A stretch of 63,915 nucleotides of DNA, counting the filler. It is 9 parts of 9 records of this genome, joined end to end, with 100 filler letters (N's around TTAATTAATTAA, not from the genome) between each part and the next. Parts side by side here need not be neighbours in the genome. Positions count along the whole stretch, not along the records: positions 22,609 to 27,382 come from SRR7504441_6330; positions 27,483 to 33,885 come from SRR7504441_6339; positions 33,986 to 42,633 come from SRR7504441_6340; 6 more parts are not named here. One strand, written 5' to 3'. Positions 23,988-34,536 of the stretch are shown piece by piece. The position numbers and the translations under genes are program-made. The notes beneath the pieces were generated by a model. It did no database searches. It was not told the DNA's origin and was given only the letters and a program-made list of their open reading frames with translations. Within the stretch, counting starts at the first letter, position 1. The number at the start of each line of letters is the position of its first letter.

Positions 23988-25091
23988 ATGGGTTCCTGCG
24001 CGTCTGGCGAGGCCCCGGCGGCCTCCCCTGTCTGCGTGGGGCGCACCGAGCAGCTCCAGCGCCAGGCCTCCGAGCCCCAGCTCACCCTCGAGCTCAGCCT
24101 GGCCTCCGGCGCCCCCGGTCGGTCGGCCGAGGTTCGGGCCTCCGAGCTTGTCTTGAGCCTCAAGCGGCGACTGGCGGACGAGCTGGTCGAGTGGCAGGAA
24201 CGGGACGCCCGGCGGCGGTTGGCAGATGAAGTAGTGCAGGCGATGCCGTTGGAGTTTGCGGGGGCGGAGCTCGAGAACGATTGGTCCTGGCAGCAGACCG
24301 GAGTGTGCGACGGGGCCCAGCTGGTGCTGGACGACCTCCAGCTGCAGGCCGACTACGAGGACTGGTGGGTAGCTACGGCCACCGTGCCGCACGAGGGCCT
24401 GTGCCTCTGGCTGGACGCCCGGACCGGCGTGGAGCTGGATCCCCATCGCCTCGTGATGAACCTCGATGTAGGGAACCGAGTGACCCGCTGGAGCAATCCG
24501 CTGGGGGCAGAACTCGACGCACTCCCGGAGCTCGTGCCCGACCGGGGGATCCGGCCGCCCGAGCTAGTCCACACCGAGTTCGGGCCGGGCGTCCGGTTCG
24601 GGTATGACGCCACGGGGCTGATTTGGCCTGCGCTGCCAGACGGGGTGAGGACTGTGTGCTCTGTGCACGAGTTCAAACGCGACCGGGCGCACCCGTGTCA
24701 GTTCTACATCATCACCGGCGAGGCGCAGGGGGCCTTCCACGGCGGTGAGACCGAGATCTCGACAGGGCATGGAGTGTGGGCTGGCGGCGACGCATTTTAT
24801 AACGGAACTATCAGGGTGGACTGCCAGCCAGCCGTGCCCGTCAGGGCGTGCCCGGTTGCTCGGTTTACGGACGGGCCATCCTGCGCGGTGGTGCAGTGCG
24901 AGGAGCCTGGCTGCGTCAACAGGCGAGGTCCTGGGATGAACAGGATCGGGCGAGACCGCAACTGTCATGCGTTTACCGGGATCGTGCACGAGTTGTTAGT
25001 GTATGACCGGAGGCTGTCCGAGGAGGAGGTCCAGCGAATCGAGAGGCACTTTCAGGCAAACTGGCCAGCGATCGAGGTGTTCGCTGACTAA
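23988..25091 (+). CDS. Protein with N-terminal acylation-like motif, ubiquitin-like segment and LamG/ConA-like C-terminal domain
   Basis: Starts MGSCAS. VLSLKRRL...LEFAGAELEND..WQQTGV.DGAQL is Ubl-like. LCLWLDA..VTRW and GIVHELLVYDRRLSEEE..IE.H match a jelly-roll signature. Confidence 0.6.
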   Translation: MGSCASGEAPAASPVCVGRTEQLQRQASEPQLTLELSLASGAPGRSAEVRASELVLSLKRRLADELVEWQERDARRRLADEVVQAMPLEFAGAELENDWSWQQTGVCDGAQLVLDDLQLQADYEDWWVATATVPHEGLCLWLDARTGVELDPHRLVMNLDVGNRVTRWSNPLGAELDALPELVPDRGIRPPELVHTEFGPGVRFGYDATGLIWPALPDGVRTVCSVHEFKRDRAHPCQFYIITGEAQGAFHGGETEISTGHGVWAGGDAFYNGTIRVDCQPAVPVRACPVARFTDGPSCAVVQCEEPGCVNRRGPGMNRIGRDRNCHAFTGIVHELLVYDRRLSEEEVQRIERHFQANWPAIEVFAD

Positions 25092-25360
25092 CTAGCCTGC
25101 TTCCACTTCTTGCTATCTGCTACAGTATTACTCACGCACAGTCATGTATTGTACAGCCAATCAATCAAGTCTTGCATCCTACAAGGACTTGCAACGTACG
25201 TACGAGTATATAAATTATTAAACGTACGTACGAGTACGTTTCCTTAACGTTTCCTGACTTTCAAGACTTGCTGTACTTTTTTATTTAGTTTCATTTGATT
25301 GCATCATTGTAGCTATAGTGCTTCAGCTGAGGTCGTGCTCATGCCTATCGGTCCCAATAA

Positions 25361-27382
25361 TCAATCCACCACAGGCGATCCGATTCGCACAGAGATTGCG
25401 GAGCCATCATAAGCTACCACCCTAGTCGGTTGAGCCGCCGGCTCCAAGCCGACGCCATAGCCCTTCGAGACCAGGACCACTTGCAACGTGCGTCTGCTTA
25501 GCATCCCAACGAAGCTCCCCACCCGCGCCGCCAGATGGAAGGTGGCTGTCGCCTCCTCCCAGTGCATGTCGATGGTGCTCGACTCATTCCGCCGCACATA
25601 TGCCATTGTGGACCCATCATCCTCGTATAGCGTGAAGAATGCGTCTGCTCCTCTATAGATCCGCAGCTCCAGTGGCTCGGGTGGCTTCTCTGCAGCGTAC
25701 TGGAGGTGCGGGCCCATCGGCACAATCGACCCAGCGCGTACGAACAAAGGGATGTGGTCGAGCACCAAAGGCACCCGCAGCGTGAGGCCTTGCGCGAACG
25801 GTTCTCCAGTCCAGAAGTCCACGAAGCTCGCGTTGCTCCGAGATTCGGTCTTTGGGAGGTAGCACAGCCTTTCAGTTGCCCGGTACTGAAGCACCGGGAA
25901 AACTAAAAAGCTCGGGCCGAACATGAAGCTGTCAGCAGTCTGGCGAACCGTCGGATCGTGAGGGAATTCCATTATCAAAGCTCTCTGCAGGGTACTCTCC
26001 GGCCCGCCGGGAGTGCTCACCTGGATGGCGAAGACAGAGTAGATGAAGGGGAGCAGCCTGTAACGGAGCTGGTGTGTCAACTTGATTGACGCCGTCACAT
26101 TTCCACCGAATTCGTAATACTCAGATCCTCCACCAGGGGTGCTCTGGGCACCCTTTCTCCCATGCTGACGCAGGACCGGGGTGAAACTCGCAAACTGGTG
26201 CCATCTGACCAGCAGCTCTCGATACTCCGGGTTGGTCAACTCGTCGAGTGCGTGGAAGTAGCCGCCAGTGTCCATGGACCATAGCGCGTTCCCTGAGAGT
26301 TGATAGTTGATAGACCCGGCCACAGACCGCCGGAGCGAGTCCCAGGTGCCGGAGATGTCCCCGCTCCACATGGATGCCCCAGTCCGCTGCATCCCTGCGA
26401 ACGAGCTGCGAGGCAACGCGAACATCCGGCGTGTGTCGCCCCAATCCCGCACATAGCCGTCGTGAATCGCGGTGGTCTCCATCAGGCCATAAGTCATCGC
26501 ATAGTCCGCTCCGTCCCCGAGATAATTCGGACCGTTCGGCTGGCAGTCGCAGCTATCAAGCCAGCTGAAGTCAACGCCAATTGCGTACTTGGTCCGATTG
26601 GCATACTCATAGTAGAGCTCTCGCCCAATAGGGTTGTATTGATCGCACACGCCGTCGACCACCGCCGAGTGGTTTGCGAGCGCCTCTCTGAGCGGCCCGT
26701 CCACTTGCGGCCAGTAAGTCACCATGAAGTGCAGCTTGTGCTTGTGTTTGAGCTCGACAGTCATCCCGGCCGGGTCCGGGTATCGCGAACGGTCAAACCC
26801 ATAATTGTCAAGGCTGTTGTGCACTGCTGGCCAGAAATACCAATCTTGGACGATCGTGTCTATGGGAAACTGGCCCTTTCGAAAGCCCTCCGCTGCTGCC
26901 AACAGGCTGCTCTGATTCGTGAAACGATCCTTAGAGTGCATAAACCCGAAGATCGCGCGCGGTGGCATCGGGGCCGAACCAGTTACTCGACGATACAGTC
27001 CGATTGAGCGCCCAATCGAACCACCGGCCAGGAAGTAGTAGTCGATTCCGGCGGCTGGCCTGTTGCTCTGCCAGCTGGTCAGGTTGCCGTACTGCGGGCC
27101 GCGAACCCACACGGCCGGCTCGAGTTTGTTGTCAGTCTGGGCCCAGGTTTCTATCTTGATTGGATGCCGGCCAGGAGCTAGCTGAATGCGGCCGAGTGTC
27201 GAAGGCGGAAGGTTGCACGGGTCGTCGAACAGGTCGATGACTGGCTTGCCAGCCACAGTCACCCGGGCCGCGTGCGAGCACCAGGCCAGCGTGGGCAACT
27301 TCAGGTACACCCAATGCTGCCCAGGCACCGTCACACTGATGGTCCCAGTGGCCTCACTCCACACTGCAGGTGTATCGTTGTA
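25361..27382 (-). CDS. Glycoside hydrolase family 31 (alpha-xylosidase/glucosidase-like), 5' truncated
   Basis: FPIDTIVQDWYFW, WLD, RSSFAGMQRTG..WSGDI, WSMDTGGY, ELLVRWHQF, FMFGPSFLV, IPLFVRAGSIVPMGP and LYEDDG. Confidence 0.93.
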   Translation of the reverse strand, partial: YNDTPAVWSEATGTISVTVPGQHWVYLKLPTLAWCSHAARVTVAGKPVIDLFDDPCNLPPSTLGRIQLAPGRHPIKIETWAQTDNKLEPAVWVRGPQYGNLTSWQSNRPAAGIDYYFLAGGSIGRSIGLYRRVTGSAPMPPRAIFGFMHSKDRFTNQSSLLAAAEGFRKGQFPIDTIVQDWYFWPAVHNSLDNYGFDRSRYPDPAGMTVELKHKHKLHFMVTYWPQVDGPLREALANHSAVVDGVCDQYNPIGRELYYEYANRTKYAIGVDFSWLDSCDCQPNGPNYLGDGADYAMTYGLMETTAIHDGYVRDWGDTRRMFALPRSSFAGMQRTGASMWSGDISGTWDSLRRSVAGSINYQLSGNALWSMDTGGYFHALDELTNPEYRELLVRWHQFASFTPVLRQHGRKGAQSTPGGGSEYYEFGGNVTASIKLTHQLRYRLLPFIYSVFAIQVSTPGGPESTLQRALIMEFPHDPTVRQTADSFMFGPSFLVFPVLQYRATERLCYLPKTESRSNASFVDFWTGEPFAQGLTLRVPLVLDHIPLFVRAGSIVPMGPHLQYAAEKPPEPLELRIYRGADAFFTLYEDDGSTMAYVRRNESSTIDMHWEEATATFHLAARVGSFVGMLSRRTLQVVLVSKGYGVGLEPAAQPTRVVAYDGSAISVRIGSPVVD

Positions 27383-27482
27383 NNNNNNNNNNNNNNNNNN
27401 NNNNNNNNNNNNNNNNNNNNNNNNNNTTAATTAATTAANNNNNNNNNNNNNNNNNNNNNNNNNNNNNNNNNNNNNNNNNNNN
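27383..27482. other. Artificial contig linker
   Basis: N run + TTAATTAATTAA + N run. Confidence 0.99.
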
Positions 27483-29921
27483 GGCATCCCGGCTGCCGAG
27501 AGTTGCCTCCAGTCGTCGGGAGGCATCCTGAGTAGCTTTTGCTTCCTTTTTGAAGCTATCAATCTCGTCCTTGAGCTTGGTGATTGCGTCATCCTTTTGG
27601 ACCACCATTTTCATCTCCTTTCTGTACCGGATCTCGGCCTCACCTAGTGCCTGCTTCATCTCGGCCATCGCTGCCTGCGCCTCCTCGGCCTTCCGGGCTG
27701 CAGATCCACTCTCCTTGGCCGCTGCGCTCATCTGGGTCTGGTGTTGCTTGTTCTTTTCAGCGTCAGCCGCGACCTGCTGCTTGAGTTCGCCCAGCTGCTT
27801 CCTCAGCCCGCCAGCCTCCTCCTCGGCCCGCTTTAGCTGCCCAGTCAGCTTCTTGGCCGCCGCCTGCTCACTCCCGCAGCTGGCATCGGCCGCCTCTTTC
27901 TCTCTGGTCATCTGCCTCAGCTCAGATTCGAGTCTGCGGCCGATCTTCTGTTCGTCCAGCAGCCGCTCGTTGCTGGCGGCCTTGGCCTCGTTCAGTTCTG
28001 CCTTGTGCTGCTCAAAGCACTGGTCATACACCTTCTGTGTGTCGGACAGCTTGAGCTCAAGCATCTCGGTCTTCGATTTTAGCTCCCGCTCTCGCCGCCC
28101 CCACTCCGACTGGCTCTCTTTCACTTTGTCCGTGGCCTCCTGCTCGCCCCGCCGATACCCAGATGCCTGTCCCCCGTCAGCCCGCCCCCTCAATCCGCAC
28201 CTGACTGCTCAGCGTCTGATTTTCGTCCTCCAGAGCACGCACCTGCCCCGGCTGGCGCCTGGCAGCCCCGGCTGGCTGCCTTGGCGCTGGCCTCGCGCAG
28301 TTGCTCCACTCGGGCCCTCACGTCCTCGGTGAGCTGCTCGTTGTCCTGCTTTAGCCTGGCCAGCTCCAGCTCCAACCGACTCACGTCCCGGGCCTTGGCC
28401 TCCAGCGCCGCCTGTTTGTCCCGCTCGGCCGCCAGCAGCTTGCCATCCATCTCAGCCCGCCGGGTGTCCGCCTGAGCCCTCTCGTGCGACGCACTGCTCG
28501 CCTCATCCTTGAGCTGCTTGAGCCTACCCATCGCCTCCCGCTGCACCCCGCGCTGCTCCTCGAGCGCCGCCCGGCTCTCGTCCAGCTCGGCCCGCAGGTG
28601 CGCCTTTTCAATCTCGGCGTTTCGCCCAATGTCCTCGGCCCTCTGCTCGGCCGCCAGCAGCTCCATCTGCAGCCGGGGCAGCTGGGCGCTCTCAGAGTCT
28701 CGCGGGCTGTGTTCGAGCTGCCCGCCCCCCTTGGCCAGCTCGGCCTGCAGCTGAGCCACTAGCCGCTCAAGCTCCTCCACCGAGCTGCCCCCCGCTAGCC
28801 GGCAGCTCGCTCGAGGCTGCACCGAATCTTATTGTGCACCACTTTGTTCTCGATTCTCTTGGCCCGCTCGGCAAACCTAAGGCTCGACACTGTCTCGTCC
28901 AGGTTGCTCTCGAGCGGCGAGCAGGTCACGATCAGCGTGGTCTTAGCGTTACCTGCCCCGAGTCAGCACCAGCCGGGAGTCAGCCCCGACCGCCCAGCGA
29001 GTCTCGCATCAGCCAGGTGAGCCGACTGTCACGGTACGGAATGTGTGTCCGGCCCGGCTCGGTGAGCGCGTTGATGCAGTTGCCCAGGGCCGAGAGCGAC
29101 TTGTTGATCCCGGCCGCCTCCGCAAACTGCTGCCCCGCCACCTTGGACTTTCGCACATCCTCCGAGCCCGCCAAGTCGGCCAGAAACAACTGCCCGCGCT
29201 GCGAGCCGCCGTCGGCCCACTCCTTGATCACGGTGAGGATCAGAATCGAGTGACTCCGCGATGAGGTGTCGTTCATCGCAGTGCGAGCCACCTTGCGGTT
29301 CTGCTCCCCGAGCACGATCAGCTGCATCACATTCTCCTCGCTCTCCACAGTGAACTCGGCCGCATTCTCGGCGTACACCCCGCGCCGGGGGCACTCGCGC
29401 ACCTTGAGCGGGCCGCGGGACGGGTCGACTAGGTCTGTGACTGTCTCCTGGTAGATCTGAAGGAAACTGGCCCGCACCTGCATCCGGGAGCGGCTGGCCG
29501 GGTCCCCTTTGCGGGCCTGGCTCCGATCGTGGTCGTCCACCGCCCCAAACACGTCTGCCACCGCCCGCGGGATCAGCCCGGCCGCCGGATCCTCTGCCGA
29601 GACGCATCGGCCGGTCTGCCCCTGACGGGCCGGTCCGAACATTGTGTGCGTCTTGCCGGATCCGGTCTGGCCGTAGGCGAAGATCGAGCCGTTGAAGCCC
29701 TGGCAGACGTCCGCCACCGTATCCTGCAGCGCGTACCCGTACAATGCCCGCTGCTCGGCGCTCCCGTCGAACACCTTGTCCAGCGAGAACCCGTGCCGGC
29801 CGGCCGCCTCCACCGTCACCCGGTCGCCGGTCAGACGGAGCGCCCGGGCCAGCCCAGGCTCGGAGGCCGGGCCCGGCCGGAACCGGGCCACCACCCGCAC
29901 GTTGCACGCAAACGGCTGCAT
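27483..29921 (-). CDS. N-terminal-motor kinesin with long coiled-coil stalk, 3' truncated
   Basis: VRVVARFRP, AYGQTGSGKTHT, MNDTSSRSH, DLAGSE, INKSLSALGN and HIPYRDSRLT..DSLG|GN. Introns at 28953-28990, 28785-28822, 28243-28279 (GC) and 28167-28200. Confidence 0.95.
28243..28279 (-). other. 37-nt GC-AG intron
   Basis: AAG|gcagcc...ggggcag|GTG. Restores the coiled-coil frame (ASAK-VRALEDEN). Confidence 0.7.
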
Positions 29922-30018
29922 GCCCCGCTCACTCCGCCCGTTCAGTGCGCATCTCACGCGCCAGGGTGGTTAACAACGGAACTTTACAGTCGTTTCTCTG
30001 AAGGCCCCTGCTGTAGGC

Positions 30019-31625
30019 ATGCTGATGACCCGCTGGTGCCTGTTGTGCTTGTTCTGCGGCGTGCTGCTGGGCTCGGCGGCATCGCCCAGCCGGCCGCACA
30101 TTGTCTTCGTGTTAGCGGACGACTACGGCTGGGCGGACGTCTCGTACCACGCGGCCATGTACGGCAACGGCTCCAATGTGATCAACACCCCGGCGCTGGA
30201 CCGGCTGGCCCACTCCGGGGTGCGGCTGGAGCAGTACTACGTCCAGCCGGTCTGCTCGCCCACCCGGGCCGCCCTGCTCACAGGCCGATTCTCAATACAC
30301 CAGGGGGTACACACCCCGTTCGTCGACTCATCGCGTGCGGGCTGCCGGCCGCTGCCCTCTCACTGGCTGCTGCAGCCAACGCGCTCCCGCTGGACGAGAC
30401 CCTGCTACCCGAGCTGCTCCAGAAGGCCGGCTACCGGACGGCGATGGTCGGCAAGTGGTGCGTAGCCGCGCGAGTGAGGGGGGAGCGGGTGGTGGCAGGC
30501 ACCTCGGGTTCCGTTCGTGGAAGCACACCCCTGAGCATCGAGGGTTTGACTACTTTTACGGGTACTATGCCGGCTCGCAGGACTACTGGAACCACCAGTC
30601 GCTGTGCTGGCCGGGCAAGTTTGCCAACGGCTGCTTTGAGGCAGCCAACAAGGGCGAGCCAGTCACCGGGCTGGACCTGCACCGGAACAACCAGACGGTC
30701 CGGACCGAACACGGGGTCTACTCCACGGACCTGTTCACCAACGAGGCGATCGGGCTGCTAGAGCGGCACTCGGGCGACCAGCCGCTTTTCCTGTATTTGG
30801 CGCTGCAGGCTGTGCATGTAGGGAATCGGCCGACCAAGGACCACCCGGAGTACTGGCTGGATCAAGCGCCAGCCGGGCAGATAGCCAAGTACAGCTGGGT
30901 GCAGGAGGCGGCCCGGCGTAACCTGAGCGGGATGGTGAGTGCAATGGACCAGGCGGTCGGGCAGCTGCACCAGGCGTTGGTCAGGACCGGGCTGTACCAA
31001 GACACGCTGCTCATATTCTCTACAGACAACGGCACGGCCCAGGCACTCAAGCTATAACCCGCCGTGTGCAGGTGGGCCGACCTCCGAGGCGGCCTCCAAC
31101 TACCCTCTCAAGAAGGGCAAGGGCAGTTTGTACGAGGGCGGGGTGCGAGGGGTCGGGTTCGTCACTGGCGGGGCCCTGCCGGACGCTGTGCGAGGCTCTG
31201 TCAACCGCAAGATGATCCACGTGTCCGACTGGCTGCCCACCCTCTGCCAGCTGGCCGGCTGCCCGGCCAACATGACCAAGCCGCTCGATGGCCGATCGGC
31301 CTGGGCAGCGATCACTGAGCCATCAGCCGAGCCGGCGCGCGACGAGATGGTGCACGACATCTGGCAGGGCAAGGCCTCGCTCCGGTGGGGGCGGTACAAG
31401 CTGGTGCTCGGGGAGGCCGCGGCGCCCGAGCTGTTCGATGTGCTGGCCGACCCGTCAGAGACGCGCAACCTGGCCGACCAAATGCCTGGCCAGCTGGGCA
31501 AGATGCAGGCCCGGCTGGCCGACTGGAACAAAACAGCGGTGCCTGATGTGGCCGGTCAGCTGGCTGCGCCGGTGCCTGAAGCCAACCCGCAGCTGCACGG
31601 CGGGGTGTGGCTGCCATGGGATTGA
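30019..31625 (+). CDS. Secreted/lysosomal arylsulfatase (ARSB-like, formylglycine-dependent), 4 exons
   Basis: Signal peptide, PHIVFVLADDYG, CSPTRAALLTGR, GKW|HLG, STDN|GG and KGSLYEGGVR. Introns at 30335-30375, 30458-30498 and 31032-31071 (GC). Confidence 0.95.
31032..31071 (+). other. 40-nt GC-AG intron
   Basis: ACG|gcacgg...tataac...tgcag|GT. Restores the conserved DNGG motif. Confidence 0.85.
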
Positions 31626-31882
31626 ACAACTCGCTTGCAATGACTCTTGAACGCATTGGATTCAACTAATTAATGTACAACATACCGGATTTAGTCCACG
31701 ATCGATCGCGATATTGAAGATCGCGAGCTATCCGAATAATCATAGAACGAAATTATATAAACACGAAATTAATAAAACATGATTAAAACATGATAGGTTA
31801 TATCTATGGCTCTTCCCCACTTTCTAATAAATGTACTTACATATACACCGATCGCGCATGGTGCCCAAGCTTTACCTTGTAC

Positions 31883-32923
31883 TTATTCAGGGGAACAACG
31901 CACTTCCGTTGCGTGCGAGCTCTCTGCATCGCAAGTCGTGTTCGAGAGCCCGCGGCCCACTTTCTCTGAGAACACGGCCATGTGCTCCCGCCGGCCCGAG
32001 TACGGTAGCCGGCCGTGCGCCCAGCGCAAGTTGTCGACCACTAGCACCTGTCCACTCTCGAGGAGCAGCTCCTGCCCGGCCTGGCTGTACGCTTGTTTGA
32101 GCGCTGCCAGCTCGGACTCCGTGATCTCTTCCCCGCCGGCCCAGGTGCAGTGCTTGGGTGCCGGCCACCCGCCCCCGGCCCGGCCCACAATGTCGTTGGC
32201 CTTGTGGTGGTCTACCAGGCTAGTCACCACCCGCAGCGCCCCGAGCGACCCATTCGGCCAGACTTGCCTTGCCACCGCCGGCGCCTGCCATGTGAGAAGC
32301 ACGCTGTCGGCCTCCCTGGCCAGCGACGCATTCGGACCGTACAACGGGTCTCGCCGCACTGCTTCCACCGCCCCCGGCCAGTCCGGCGCCAGCCGCTGCT
32401 GCCACAGTCCGGTGGCGTAAGGCCAGCCTGGTGACAGATCGGCGTCGCCATACCGCCGGAGGAATCGGACCCCCTCGGCCTGCAGCCGGCGGCGGAGGGG
32501 GGCAGGGATGGCGGCGGTGGCGGCAGCGAGGTCGGTCAAGGTCATCGCCCCGCCATGGTCGGCAGGCCGGCGGCACCCGAAGGCGGCCAGGTGGGGCAGC
32601 TGGTGCAGGTACGCGTTCTCGCTATGGGGCTGCACCGTCCGGTCGCCCGGGCTGCCGGCCGCGACCTCGTACACTGCCGGAGTGCCCCCGGCTGCCGCCC
32701 GCTCCACGCTACCGCCGGCGTAGTCGCCCAGGCGGTAGGTGAACCCTGCAGCCCTCCAGACCGCCTGGGCCGCCCGAGAGAGGTCGGCGGCCGTGAGCGG
32801 CCCGGCCGAGCAGCCACCGAGCAGCGCCCACCCGACCCGCAGCAGCTGCTCGGCCGCCGGCCCGGGAGCACACCCGGCGGCAGCGTGCACGGCCAGCAGC
32901 GTCACGCACCACCATCCAGGCAT
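31883..32923 (-). CDS. TauD/TfdA-family Fe(II)/2-oxoglutarate dioxygenase with signal-like N-terminus
   Basis: HSENAY, F.C..PA.HGG and VLVVDNLRWAHGRLPYSG.R motifs. Confidence 0.85.
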   Translation of the reverse strand: MPGWWCVTLLAVHAAAGCAPGPAAEQLLRVGWALLGGCSAGPLTAADLSRAAQAVWRAAGFTYRLGDYAGGSVERAAAGGTPAVYEVAAGSPGDRTVQPHSENAYLHQLPHLAAFGCRRPADHGGAMTLTDLAAATAAIPAPLRRRLQAEGVRFLRRYGDADLSPGWPYATGLWQQRLAPDWPGAVEAVRRDPLYGPNASLAREADSVLLTWQAPAVARQVWPNGSLGALRVVTSLVDHHKANDIVGRAGGGWPAPKHCTWAGGEEITESELAALKQAYSQAGQELLLESGQVLVVDNLRWAHGRLPYSGRREHMAVFSEKVGRGLSNTTCDAESSHATEVRCSPE

Positions 32924-32998
32924 CCGCTGATAAGCTCCAAGGTGGATCCAGAGCTCTCAACGGCTCATCTCCGGATCCACTAAAATAGCTCATTGAGT

Positions 32999-33680
32999 AT
33001 GGGGTACCCGGCGGCCGCGCGCCGCTGGGCCGAGAGCCGGTGCAGGTGCGGAGCATCGACCCAGCCGGCCGCCGAAGAGCCGACCACCGAGCCAGCCCAG
33101 CCGGCCGAGGCCCCGCCTGCCGCCGCCCCCGCCGACCCAGGTGCCGGCCTGCTCGCCGGCCAGCTGACCGGCCGCTCCAGCCCCCGCCGAGACCAAGCCG
33201 GCTGAGGCAGCCGAGCCGGCTCCAGAGCCCGCACCGGAGCCAGCCCCGGCCCCTGCCCCGGAGCCAGCACCGGAGCCAGCCGAACCAAGCCAAGACGTTC
33301 CAGCAGAAAAGGGACAAGAAGGAGAAAAAGAACCGGAGCCGGCCCCAGAGCCGGCGCCGGAGTCAGCCGCCCCTGCTCCAGAGCCGGAGCCGGCGGTGCC
33401 GGACGGTCCGGACAAGGCCAAGCTGCAAGAGTACATGGAGCGGCTGGTAGCGGTGTTCGAGGCGCCGGAGCCGGAGGGCGGCCGGCAAGCGGCGATTACA
33501 AAGGTGGAGGGAGAGCTCGGGATAGAGATCCAAACGCTGGGCGAAGTGACGGTGCAGGGCGACTCGCCCGGGGAGGTGTCGCTCAAGCCGGGGTACGAGT
33601 CACTGGACGAGATCTTCAAAAAGTTTACGCCGCTGATGATGAAGTTTAGGGAGGGCACACTCGATGGCGAGCAGCACTAA
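32999..33680 (+). CDS. Dually acylated (MGCGAS) Pro/Ala/Glu-rich protein, 3 exons
   Basis: ATG GG|intron 33004-33045|G TGC GGA GCA TCG gives MGCGASTQ. Intron 33141-33180 leads into EPAP repeats and the 33396-33680 ORF. Confidence 0.75.
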
Positions 33681-33885
33681 TCAATCGGTGGATGCAATGC
33701 AGATTGTACGGGGGTCCTGGCGATCGCTCGAAGCTGCGTCGCTCGATGTCACGCGCAACGCAGCCATCTGTCGTGAATGAGCACAGTGGGCTAAGTACTT
33801 ATACTACTACTACTACCCTGCAATCGTGGTGCACAGACTTACCCTGCAACTGGGGTATTGTGGCTCTCACTGACAATGAGATACT

Positions 33886-33985
33886 NNNNNNNNNNNNNNN
33901 NNNNNNNNNNNNNNNNNNNNNNNNNNNNNTTAATTAATTAANNNNNNNNNNNNNNNNNNNNNNNNNNNNNNNNNNNNNNNNNNNN
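33886..33985. other. Artificial contig linker
   Basis: N run + TTAATTAATTAA + N run. Confidence 0.99.
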
Positions 33986-34191
33986 AGGCCCTCTTCATGT
34001 CCTGCTCCACACCCTCGCCTGTGCGGTACAGCCCACCGAGGCGGCACTGCGCCAACGAATCGCCCTGTTCGGCCGCCTGCTGCCACAGCTCCAGCGCCTT
34101 ACTAGAGTTCTGCTCCACGCCCTCGCCCTTATTGATTGCACCGCGCCTCGTTGCCCGCCTGCTCCGCCTTCCTCATCATTGCATGTTTCAT
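33986..34191 (-). pseudogene. Sel1-repeat protein fragment, apparently frameshifted and cut by the contig end
   Basis: GEGVEQNSSKALELWQQAAEQGDSLAQCRLGGLYRTGEGVEQD is a clear Sel1 repeat. The upstream repeat-like piece (RKAEQAGNEARCN*) is in a different frame. Confidence 0.6.
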
Positions 34192-34536
34192 CGTCCTCGA
34201 TGCCGTCGCTCACCGCTCCCGGGGTGCCCATCATGATGCGGTCACTCAGGATTGCCGTTAGATCTTTGTCGCCCGCAGCAGCAGAGGCACGCCTGCACCC
34301 GAGACAGGCGGCCCGCTCCGGCCCGGCGAGTCTCGAAAGCTTCCGCTAGGCCAGGAGAGGTGCTTCCTGCACGGGAGCGAGGCGGCGATCGTGCCGGGCC
34401 TTCGAGATTCCCTTGTCATCTTCCAATGTTTCAGCTGCCTGGACGCCGCCGATGTCAACGTGTCAAGCCTCTCGTGATAGCCTGAAACAGACGTCGACGA
34501 CAACAACCCGACGGTTGGACATTATTATCGCCTGAA

